From Laetmonice hystrix (lineage: Eukaryota), in the NCBI GenBank assembly GCA_965235115.1, contig OZ249439.1:21638001-21702000 (forward strand): a DNA stretch of 64,000 nucleotides. The letters run 5' to 3'. Positions 50,487 to 61,720 of the stretch are shown one piece after another. Each line of letters starts with the position of its first letter. Within the stretch, counting starts at the first letter, position 1. The notes below the pieces were generated by a model. The model did no database searches and was not told the origin of the DNA. It worked only from the letters and a program-made list of their open reading frames with translations. The position numbers and the translations under genes are program-made.

Positions 50487-50711
50487 ATATCAGTAACAGC
50501 CAGGGTCATATAGAGGTGATTAGTGTTAGAGGCGGTGATACCGGAGTCCCCGGGGTACCCCCAACCTCCCGGCAAGTAACTGATAAACTCTCTCACTTAG
50601 GAACCCAAGAGGTGACAGCCACGCTATCAGATCCCAAACTCTGGACCTCGTGCTGGGGTAGATTTAACGACTGACGAATCACCTCTATATGACCCTGGCT
50701 GTTACTGATAT
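50487..50711. mobile_element. SINE-derived segment bounded by a perfect 35-bp inverted repeat
   Basis: 50487-50521 is the exact reverse complement of 50677-50711; the interior GGAGTCCCCGGGG...GCAAGTAACTGATAAACT resembles the SINE copies at 39.9 and 56.45 kb. Confidence 0.75.
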
Positions 50712-52692
50712 TCTAGAAAATGATGACGAGAAAATGATAACGAGAATGACATTTTGAAACTGTTCAGGGAAAGAAATAGTCCGACTTTATGGAGGGTCAT
50801 TCGGAAATGATCTCTCTCAAGAGAGAATACGATTAGCAGAATAATTCTCTCATGAATCAAATTTATGATAGTTTTTTTTAAGATTTAGAAGCAATCAATC
50901 AATGTTCAGTTATCTTTGACATGTTAATCAATTCCCCAGTTCGTGGAAAACAGGACAAAATCTGTCTGTCCTTGCTTGCCATAAACCTTCATTGTCTGTT
51001 GTTGATTAGGATGGGATTAAATTTCAGCCTTTCAGGCCGGAAATTGAAAACGAATGACGTGATGACACGTAAGCGTGATTTGAATATTGTCAATCCGGTT
51101 TTACAAACTTGACTGAGAGAAACTGTTGTTTCTGGACGCAGCCTCACCAGTTAATTTGTTTAAAAGTGTTCATCGAAAAAACCTGTCTGCGGGATTATGT
51201 TTGGCTAACTGAACCAAGTTCAGATTAATTACATTTTGTCGAATTTTAAAGCGGCCCTGGAGTTGTAACGGTTCGTTATGGTAAATTTCCCCACACAACC
51301 CCATGGAGGCTAGCTGAACTGGGAAACATGAGATAGCGATTTCGGGTTGGTGTCAACATCAAGGGGCATATGTATTCTGTATAGTATAGCCTTCCTAGAT
51401 TTGTCGGGGTATAAGCAAAAATATTGATACGTTCACATCCATTATGAGCATTTCATTCATGGCTTTCTTTATGGTGATATTTCGGTACTGAGAACTTTCC
51501 TAATTTGATCCCACACTGATGTTACACAGCCCCCTCCGGATTCAAGGAGTTGCGGACAGTAAGAACCAAGCTAGTTAGTGTTCATTTCCACAGGGAATTT
51601 CACTTTCTGCCAAGTCTCACATGGGGGTGATCTTAAAATAGGCTATGCTGATGTTGTTGTCAGTTCCCAGGCCATGGAATGTATCAGTTTCCTACCCTTT
51701 GATTTCATTATTCACGGTATAGATACATGCCAGCAGAAGACAAAAGGGAACACAACTTCTAACACTGGCATTAAAGAGCTACATGTATCTAGTTTATCCA
51801 TCAACAACCCCCTCCCCTCGGAAAGAAACAAGAAGTGTTTCAATGGTAGCCCTCATGTCGGGGAATAGCCTAGGTTCGCATAGGTAATTATATGTCGTTG
51901 CTCTAGCAATGGCCACAAATTACGGAAGGGTTTCCAAAGGCATAGAACTGCATCGGCTGTGTATGTAAACAGTCACCAATTCGGACCGAATTGGGAGGAG
52001 TCAGCATTTATTGTTCTGAAGTTTGGGGCCACTATCAGGAAATATTATTGTAGCGAAGTAATTTCATATAAAACTACGATTGAACTGTACTATGAATTAT
52101 TTATGGGTGGTCTTGAGGGGAAGGATTTACTTCGTGTGCCTCTTTAAGGACTGTCCCTAGGTGGCGCTGGGGGCTGGGAGACCAGACACGAGTATAATTG
52201 GTTTGGAAGATGAGAGCCCTTACGGGAATCAATGCGGGGTGACAGGACCCTCCTTGGCCAGGCTCGGGTGGTAACGTCACGTGTTTAGGGGTCGTGGGCC
52301 GAGACTGAGGCACCGATAGCCCCGGGTAGAACCTGAGACGGGGATAGGGGGAGGAGGCCTGGGAGAATAGGGAGGAGGAACCTTCAGGTCTACACCGCGG
52401 GTGTTAGGGCCAGGAAGACGGTCCTTGTCGAACTTGTGTTCTGTTACCTGTGATTTCGAACGTCACTCGCTTCTCGGGAGATTTGCCCTCCGTTACTTTC
52501 GCTTCTCTACTGATTTGCCCTTCGTTTGCCCTCCGTTACTCTCGCTTCTCTGGTGATTTGCCCTCCATTTTCTCTCGCCTCTCTGGTGACCCCCCCCCCC
52601 CGTTCTGTTTCGTCGCCTTCCTCTCTTCATGCCGCCTGCCTTGGGGAGAATAGGTCCACACGTCAGGAGATAAAAATAGGTCAGTCCTTGTC

Positions 52693-53558
52693 TACCCCTT
52701 GTGGGCCTATTGTCGGGAGAGAATAGGTCCGTCCTTGTCTACCCCTGTGGGCCTATTGTCGGGAGAGAATAGGTCCGTCCTTGTCTACCCCTGTGGGCCT
52801 ATTGTCGGGAGGGAATAGGTCCGTCCTTGTGTACCCCTGTGGGCCTATTGTCGGGAGAGAATAGGTCCGTCCTTGTCTACCCCTGTGGGCCTATTGTCGG
52901 GAGGGAATAGGTCCGTCCTTGTCTACCCCTGTGGGCCTATTGTCGGGAGAGAATAGGTCCGTCCTTGTCTACCCCTGTGGGCCTATTGTCGGGAGGGAAT
53001 AGGTCCATCCTTGTCTACCCCTGTGGGCCTATTGTCGGGAGAGAATAGGTCCGTCCTTGTCTACCCATGTGGGCCTATTGTCGGGAGAGAATAGGTCCGT
53101 CCTTTTCTACCCCTGTGGGCCTATTGTCTGGAGGGAATAGGACCGTCCTTGTCTACCCCTGTGGGCCTATTGTCGGGAGAGAATAGGTCCGTTCTTGTCT
53201 GCCCCTGTGGGCCTATTGTCGGGAGAGAATAGGTCCGTCCTTGTCTGCCCCTGTGGGCCTATTGTCGGGAGAGAATAGGTCCGTCCTTGTCTACCCCTTG
53301 TGGGCCTATTGTCGGGAGAGAATAGGTCCGTCCTTGTCTACCCCTGTGGGCCTATTGTCGGGAGGGAATAGGTCCGTCCTTGTCTACCCCTGTGGGCCTA
53401 TTGTCGGGAGAGAATAGGTCCGTCCTTGTCTACCCCTGTGGGCCTATTGTCGGGAGAGAATAGGTCCGTCCTTGTCTAACCCTGTGGGCCTATTGTCGGG
53501 AGAGAATAGGTCCGTCCTTGTCTACCCCTGTGGGCCTATTGTCGGGAGAGAATAGGCC
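52693..53558. repeat. 46-bp minisatellite, about 19 copies, internal hairpin
   Basis: Unit GGGAGAGAATAGGTCCGTCCTTGTCTACCCCTGTGGGCCTATTGTC. Confidence 0.96.
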
Positions 53559-56182
53559 CGCTTTACTTAGGCCGCTCTCGTTGATCATCACACTTCTATT
53601 GCCCGCGGGGCAGTGAGAACGACAGGTATACCAGCGAGCTGATGGAGCCACAACGAATATTGGTGAGGATGGCATGAGAAGCTGACAGCGAGTATCACAA
53701 GGACATTTACTGTTCCGAAGTACGTCAGGCAGACTGATGGAATGATACTAGTGTAGAATATGTGTGTACGTCCAACTTGATAGCTTTGAACATTGTTTGC
53801 AAGAGAAAAAAGACGTCGGTCATCCCGACCAGACTTTACAATGCCTCCTGGGTATGTTAGTTACGGAGGAGATGGGAATGGACGGAGAGAGAATTGTCAT
53901 TGATGATGAAACCCAGCGTTCGGAGCGAGTGTGAGGGTTAGCACGGGCCACAACTGGCCTTCATTGGGTGGTGGTCTCTGACGTAGAGCGTTCACATAAA
54001 AAAAAACACAGAAATGGGTGAGGTACGTGGTGAGAATGGCGAATTGAGGGGACCGGGGGAGGGGGTCAGGTGAGATGGATGTCGGGATTCCGTGACTGGG
54101 GTTTTTAGCGTGGGTGGGCAGGTGGATTTGGAGGGGGTGGGGAGGGGGTGGATACCCGGAGCAGTGTACACCGCACATTTACCCGCGTTACAATCCGTGT
54201 ACGGTAGGAACATTGTCAGACCAAGGGCCGCTTCCATACCATGGCTGATCATATCTGATCATGTTCGATCATGTTTGGCCATGATGCAACCATTTTCTGA
54301 TGCAAAAGGAAAATGGCGAGCACATCTGACATGAAATAAAAGGGAAGTCCTCTTCTTCCGGTTCAATCCAGAATTACTCGAGTAGCCCTGGTGTCCAAGA
54401 GGAATTAACCACCTACGCATGCGCAAATATATTCATAAATAGGCCGTTGCTCTGAACTGCTCATGCGCGGTTATGTTCCAGAAAGACCTTGATTGGGCAC
54501 GGAATGGTAGAGGATAAGACTGACTAGCACTTGTAATATTTCTCTACTGATAGGCCTTAGGCCTAACTATTTAAGGAAATCCTAGTATATAGGAACTATC
54601 ACTTACACAACTCACAATCTGATTTGTTTGGAAATGTTTGGAGAGCTAGGTGCATGTGATGTGTATGTTGTATGAAGCTAGGTGCATGTGATGTATATGT
54701 TGTATGAATGAAACGTCTTTGGAACACTGACAAAGTGAACCTGCTTCATCCGCGTCCTCCGAATGGACGCCGCAAGGAGCTGGTACCGCTACAGAACGTG
54801 TTCTGTTTTCAGTCTAAGGATGTTGCAAACATAAAAAGCGAACTACCCAATATTGTGTCTGTGCTTCTTTTGGTCCTTATCAAGACGCAGCCAGAATGTC
54901 AACAGCAAGTTTTTCCTTTTCTGATTGCTGCATGAGTATAGTTGGTCTCGTGTACAGAAAGGCAATCATGCAGAGCGCCTTGGAAATAGTTGTTTTTTAA
55001 TGCATGTGGTTTGATAGAATCGGATCCGTGATCCGATAGTTACATTTTTCATGAACCTAGTGTCGGGCAGGAATCCGATAATCTGGGATATTAGAAGAAA
55101 CTAGCGGAAACGACTCATATTGCAGCCACATTATAGGAATTCAGATCTGTATCTTATTATAAAGTAGTGTCAACATATTCAACATTTTGACCTGGATGTG
55201 TCGATAATTTCAGAATTGTATCTCAGCGACCTGCACTGACTACGGGCGCTGGGCTATGAATGGGGCTTACTTTAAGCACTCATTATCTGTGGATACTTTC
55301 AGCGGCCGGTGGTGAGTCTGTACACGATAGAGTGATGAGTGGGAGGCCAGGATTGAGGAGTAGGGGCTAAAACTTCAGATTGAAAAGGATCGGAGCTACT
55401 TCCTCTACCCAACGGCTCAGCTTGCGGACAGTGGGAATTGGTGGGCCCTTCCTCCATGGTATCATCCCCACGGAATCCGGGGAGGAGATGTAACTTCCTC
55501 CAACAAAATTTGGTGGGATGTGATGATGGGGGATGTCAGTACCAGCTTGGTGTCAGAACACCTGGGACATTACAATGATAGGAGACCACGGAGGTGGAGG
55601 TGTTGTCAGCGTGAGGGCTGCCGACTGGCCGGATTCCGGGCCTGTGTACACGAGCCATCCGTCAACCTGGGGTGGGGTGTGTACACGAGCCATCCGTCAA
55701 CCTGGGGTGGGGATCGAGAGGACCTGCCCACTGGTGGAGCGGTGGCGAGAGGTAAGGTGTGCCCAACATGTACGCCGGGGACTAGCTGCCTCATAATGCA
55801 TCGAACGGAGACGGGAGGTGGGGGTTCAAGGTGGGCAGTGTCGCTCAGAGTAGGCGGTAGGTGGAGCCACTGATACTGTGGGCGGAGGACGAGTAGGGAG
55901 GTTACGTCAATTTGTCAATTAGTGCTCGTGACAAATACGGGGGCCGTGGTTAGGACGAAGTGATTTCGTTGAGCCTTTGAGCCAGGAGGAGAATTGGAAA
56001 CTAGATTTGAACGCAAGAAAGATTAAAGGTGAAACTTTAAGGTGGGGGTTCTTAACTGTCTGGTCATTTTGTTAGATTTCACGTCACGATGAAGGTTTCA
56101 TGGTGTGGGGAATGGTCCCGACTAAAAGTCTTATGTCTGTCTTTGCATGGGAACAAATCGCTAATGCCTGGATTTCGGCCGT

Positions 56183-56366
56183 TGTCTGTCATTGCTGTGT
56201 TGCGAGAATCACCGACGTTGGTAGGCACGGTAGCTGGCGTAGAGCTGTCTGTCATTGCTGTGTTGCGAGAATCACCGACGTTGGTAGGCACGGTAGCTGG
56301 CGTTGAGCTGTCTGTCATTGTTGTGTTGCGAGAATCACCGACGTTGGTAGGCACGGTAGCTGGCGT
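56183..56366. repeat. 63-bp tandem repeat, 3 copies
   Basis: The minus frame reads (TAMTDSSTPATVPTNVGDSRN)x3. Confidence 0.9.
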
Positions 56367-56409
56367 TAAGCTATTATAGTTTAAGTTGGCGGTTCACATC
56401 CTCAGCAAC

Positions 56410-56500
56410 AGCCATAGGTATAATCGAGACGGTCAGTTGACTGATGGAGAAACTGGAGTACCCGGAGAGACCACCAACCTTGAAGGAGGTAACTGACAAA
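56410..56500 (-). mobile_element. SINE fragment (V-domain/RUDI-like)
   Basis: GGAGAAACTGGAGTACCCGGAGAGACCACCAACC...GGTAACTGACAAACT. Confidence 0.65.
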
Positions 56501-57824
56501 ACTCCTATCTGGTAGGTGGCGATCCACTGTCAAATCACCCTGTGATCGCCTCTCCCATCAGGCCCAAAGTCTGACACTGTCGGACAGGGTAAACTCGACG
56601 TGGCTGCTCATTAGGATGGACGCTCGAACTGGTAGACAAGGTGTCGGATTTTAAGTGACAGTTCTTTGCGGGACTATTATGCAGCGTCGTGCCAGCAATG
56701 ATCGAGGGTTGACATCACTTAGGGACAGTGTGGGGTTTCACTGACAAGAGGCTCTTTGTGAAAACACATCTGTCCGCAGGGTTGGCCCTTTTGGAATGGC
56801 AGGGAATAAGACACTTGTATTATGACCATAGTACAAAAAATACTTTGATTCATGGTATCTAACAGGACATCACTCATTGGAAGTTTGATATTCAGAACAG
56901 TTCTACAAACTATTTGTGAAAAATGCACCTTTCAGCGGTTTTTCGTGGCTACTTTTAGACTGACACATCAGAAAAAGAAGTTAATCCCAAAGAAAAGGTT
57001 GATTTGTGGTATCTAAACAGATAGAAGGAGCTGGAGTTGGATCTATTATTAAAAGTATTGGCGAGAGAACAAAGGATACGAAAAACCATCCGAACTACAA
57101 AGAACACTTAGTGTAATAAAGGTCGTCGGAATTGGCAGGTAAAAAGGGCGGCCTTTGAATGTAATCAATGACTGAAACATGTAAAACTCCGGTTGTTATA
57201 TTTTATGGACTTTACCTACCGGTATGTCATGTAAACTGCTCCCCGGCAAATTGAACAGAATCTGGTACCATACGTGTTCCTGGCAAGCCTTGAAGCTCTT
57301 TCTCTGGTTGTACTTTATGTTTTCTCCTCAAACGTATTATCAGCCAGGTATAAAGTTACTGTCGACCGTTCCTGTAAAGTATATGACGCTGAAGGCAGTC
57401 GGTTCCATTAGATTTTAAACATTGCATAGCACAATAAAAGAAGTCGACAATGGGAAGGGGAGGAGGCTCGCCATGGTGACCTTGTTAGGGGAATCATCAA
57501 TAGGTCTAGAAGGTACGTGACATTGAATTCTGTCATTGCGATTCACCAAAGATCCATGACAGAGAGTTGTAATTCTCATGGCATCCAGGCCTGCTGGTAG
57601 AGAGGTTCAATGGTATCGACATGAACGGGCGTCGGGTAGGTTTGTGTGTGCCGAGCATGCAACTGCAGTCGTATAAAAACTTTATTGTATGTCCTTTTAT
57701 GTGTTCTTGTAACCACTCTCACGTATGGATCTATGTTCATGCACGTAGGTCCTTGATGGGTCTGAATACAATATTAAGAGATTCCAGGTTGTCTATAATA
57801 TGATAGGTAGCAACAGCTACTGTT

Positions 57825-58190
57825 GCCGCAGCAAGTAGTAGCAGGTTCTTGGCTTGGATTTTAGATGATGTTGGATCCGCCAAGGGCTGCCGCAGTAGGT
57901 GGAAGCAGGTTCTTGGTTTGGATTTTAGATGATGTGGGATCCGGCAAGGGCTGCCGCAGTAGGTGGTAGCAGGTTCTTGGTTTGGGTTTTAAATGATGTG
58001 GGATCCGGCAAGGGCTGCCGCAGTAGGTGGTAGCAGGTTCTTGGTTTGGGTTTTAAATGATGTGGGATCCGGCAAGGGCTGCCGCGGTAGGTGGTAACAG
58101 GTTCTTGGTTTGGGTTTTAAATGATGTGGGATCCGGCAAGGGCTGCCGCGGTAGGTGGTAACAGGTTCTTGGTTTGGGTTTTAAATGATG
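57825..58190. repeat. 64-bp tandem repeat, about 5.5 copies
   Basis: Unit GCAGGTTCTTGGTTTGGGTTTTAAATGATGTGGGATCCGGCAAGGGCTGCCGCAGTAGGTGGTA. Confidence 0.93.
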
Positions 58191-58379
58191 CGGGAGGGCG
58201 TCCAGAAGGCGCCAGTCCAACCACCCTTGTAAAACATACACTTCCTGTTCTAATCGTGTTTACCCCAGTATTTTGAAGTGAGGTTAGCGAGCGGCGGAGG
58301 TAGAGAACCGACGTTTTATTATCTGATAGGGCGGGGTCAATATCCAGGTCAGCTTCACCACTTGGGGTGTTAGACATCA

Positions 58380-58760
58380 CCGTTACCAATCAACACCATC
58401 GCCTGACCCCGTCAAGGTTGCTATAACCGGCGGGCTGCTGGCGACCATGGTATAGGGTCAGCCCGCCCCCGCCCTCCGCCCCCGGAGAACGTGGTAAGAG
58501 CCTGATGTATGTCTTGACTACTTGAAGGGCAATAACTCCAAGCACCTTAATACAATTTATGTGATTGGACCGGAGACGAAACGAAGCGACACTTGTCCGC
58601 CGACTGACTGCTGCAGTGTCCCCTGCCTTGACAAACTGCCACTGCCCCGCCGCTCGTCCCGGAAGTGGCCACTGTACGCGTGCTGACGTCATGACGTCGT
58701 AGCGGATATTCCGTGCACTGTTGTCATGGGAACGAAAGTCGGCTGGCTTCCTGTTTTGCA
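58380..58760. promoter_or_regulatory. promoter-like CpG island inside MTMR intron 2
   Basis: CCAATCA (58386), GC boxes (58461-58483), ATTGG (58564), CCGGAAGT (58659), TGACGTCATGACGTCG (58684-58699), RFX X-box GTTGTCATGGGAAC (58720-58733), CTTCCTG (58747). Confidence 0.6.
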
Positions 58761-60094
58761 TAGAATCGCTGCCTTTGCAAGAGGAAGCAGCAAATTATCT
58801 TTCCTGCACTTGACCTTGCCATATGATGGGATTCACAAAAGGCATCAATACATGGACAGGTCCTCAAGGCTTAGGAAAGTGCTGCCGTCTTCTTTGATGA
58901 GGCGTATTGATAGATGGCAGCCGAAGGCCCCGCACTTTAGGGACCACTCCACCACCCCCTGCACCCCCCACCCCCACGGCTCCTGGTTGGGCGGGAAGGC
59001 GACCAATGGGCAGTCTGATCGACGTATGATAACTGGAACTGACCAGCTCCATCAGATCTTTTCTTGACTTTATATTCAGTTTGTATATTGATTGAGAAGA
59101 AAAATTTAGAGATGGAATTGCATTGATATTTAGGGCTTCAATTTTCACCGATGTAAAAGAAAATATGCTAACAGCTGCTTGCGACTTTTGAGGCAGAACA
59201 GCTGCAAAACAGTGACACTCAAAAAACATATTTGCCTTTACAGAAGTTAATAGAGTACTTAGGCATAATGTTCCAACAAATTTGAGTGGAAGAAGGAGGC
59301 CTGAGGGTTCCACGCTGTGACTTGAAATGGAACATGAAAACCATATGCGCCCTTGGCCTGGAGCTGGCGGCTCTACCCACTGCAATGGTATCTATACGGA
59401 AGTGACCTGTAAAGGGGGATTACTGGTATTTTATATGGTTGGAGAATAGGGTGCTAAAGCTGCACACATACGTCTGTTAATGGGATCATTGAATGTTGTG
59501 TATTTCGGAAGGCGCTGCCAGTGATTACGGACTGAAGCATTGGCCCTGTGCTATAAAAAGGAATATTATGATATTGTTATGTTCTTTATTGCTTTGATAC
59601 CTGGAGCAGTCGATGGAGTGGCGCAGCATATCCATTATTGAATAGAACGTTTTGGCCTTTTGTCAGACGTTATGGGGACCGTTAATGTTCTACGTGACAG
59701 CTACGGTACTATTTGCATATAATACGAGGCCGGCGGCGGCGGCGGCAGAATGGCTGGGGGTTCACCACTGCTGAGGGCGGGCGGCATGTGGTGTAGGGAA
59801 GGGGCCGTAGACAGGGAGAGGACTGGTATAAATCTAAAACCAGAAGATACATAGTTTTATGCGTCAGCCACGGCACCACTCATTTGGATCCGACATATAA
59901 CCGTTTTTGTATATAAATGGCATGTATGAGAAGTACCAAATGAAATCGCAAGATGGCAGGTTGTTTTTTTATTGAGGAGCCCCAGAAGAGAAAAGACCTA
60001 AGGTTTGTTTGATTTTCGTGAGGTTAAAGACATTATTCACTTTTAGCGCCAACAAATCTGAGAAGGCCGTTGCTGTATTGTGACCATCCACCAG

Positions 60095-60249
60095 ATTTAC
60101 TCCGAGTCAGCTACCACTGAGTACTCGGTCAGAACCAGTCAACAGTTCGGACCATGGCTATGGTGGGACCGACATGTCCCACCTGGACATTTCCCATCTG
60201 GACATTACCACCACGACAGTCACCACGTACCAGGAAATCTATTATTCTG
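60095..60249 (+). CDS. possible orphan exon (phase 2-1), unknown product
   Basis: ccaccag|...FTPSQLPLSTRSEPVNSSDHGYGGTDMSHLDISHLDITTTTVTTYQEIYYS...G|GTTAGT; splice signals are plausible but no family is recognised. Confidence 0.25.
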
Positions 60250-61559
60250 GTTAGTGAATGTCCTGTAGGCTACCCCTACCCCATGACAGTCCTGATCACT
60301 GCCGTGTGACCGACTCCCTCCCTGGTTCTGTGTCAGGCTGATGGAGGGGTTGAATTCTAAAGACCTTCCTGAACTAAGGACGCATCACCCCGACCCCCGA
60401 GGGAAGGCTGCCTGACGTAGCGGTTCGTCATCACCGGGCGGCCAATGGTCGCCGTGAGTGTAGTTGAGGTTAGTCGGACGGTGGTTGAAGTGTGACCAGC
60501 ATGAGACATTGGACCTCCCCACTTACTGAGTCGCTCGCTCACCCAGACCAACCAACCACGGTTGGATACACACCGGCGCCTTGAGCACTCAGTACAACAA
60601 ACTGACAGATCAAACCGTCAGGCCCGTGGTCCCCAGATATTTTGTGTTGATGGTCTGTTATTTGTACTTAAACATCGGCCATATTAAAAACACCCGAGTA
60701 AAGACTAGCATACATACATGCGCAAATTGTCTCTTGATGAAAATATCAAATAAGCAAATAGCAAACTGACACAGTAGTATACTTCCATCCAGGTAAATTT
60801 GCACCTTTGGACACAAAAGAATTCCATTCTGAGCGTAATCGAGAGCGAAAGGAAGTTCCACAGCTAGCCATGCACCAAATACTTCCTGAAGAAGAATTGC
60901 TTTTATGTACACTGTGCGGAAAAAAAATTGTTTGGCTATCATAGAAGAAGATACAGCACGGTGCCTGCACCACCAGTAATTGAGTAGGGTTTTTTTCAGT
61001 TTCCAAACCTTTGCAGAACGGACCAGAAAAACGAACCAGTCAGCCTGTCCAAGATCCCAACTCGGCGCTCAATACAACCAGAGATGTCGGAGGTTCTAGC
61101 TTTCACCCCACACAATGAAGCTATTCGGCCGTGAAAGAGGCGGGTCGCCTTACCGACCTCAGGCCTGCGCTTGTAGCGTCACAATGGCACTGCCTCCTTG
61201 CTGAGGGTGCTGCTTTCAAAGAAATGTCGAGTAGATGCATATATGGAATAGTACTGGTAGAGGTCTCTCCCCGAATAGAATGAATCCGTCGTTTCGTGGG
61301 AGATGATAAAACGGATGAAGGGCGGCGGGATGGCTCCTTTAAATAGACTGGGAAGGATTGGATGACGAGTGGAGAATCGCAGCTTTATCAACATGAGAGA
61401 GCGCCAACATTGGAGTGTGGGGTGATGGGATTCCTATCGCTAGCACCACTGACCTATGGAGACCTCTGGAGGGGTGTGGTTGTGGGTTTGGGGAGAAGGA
61501 GCTGGTGATTGTACGTCCTGTCCCCAGGTGATGATACAGGAAACCGCCGCACACCGAGA

Positions 61560-61720
61560 CAACGCCCAACTCTGCGTTAGACTATATGGGAAGGGTCCTT
61601 TTACCTGCAACACTCTATATAATGAGTGTTCGTGAAGGGGGATTCAAACTCGCGAGAAGAGCCACTAGCTCGAAATGGGCCTTGACCATCCGTTCTCCTG
61701 TCTGTGCGCGTGGGTGTGTA
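61560..61720 (-). mobile_element. tRNA-derived SINE (Nin/Deu-domain-like)
   Basis: Minus: GGATGGTCAAGGC (A-box-like), GAGTTTGAATCCC (B-box-like), then TGTTGCAGGTAAAAGGACCC. Confidence 0.45.

Noticed and set aside
15166-58190. Hairpin-containing direct repeats as CRISPR arrays
   Set aside because: Units are contiguous with no unique spacers, no cas genes are present, and the context is spliceosomal eukaryotic genes.
22500-61720. tRNA genes at GGTTCGAA-type B boxes (22512, about 40000, about 61640)
   Set aside because: No cloverleaf; the 40-kb and 61.6-kb cases continue into SINE-like bodies.
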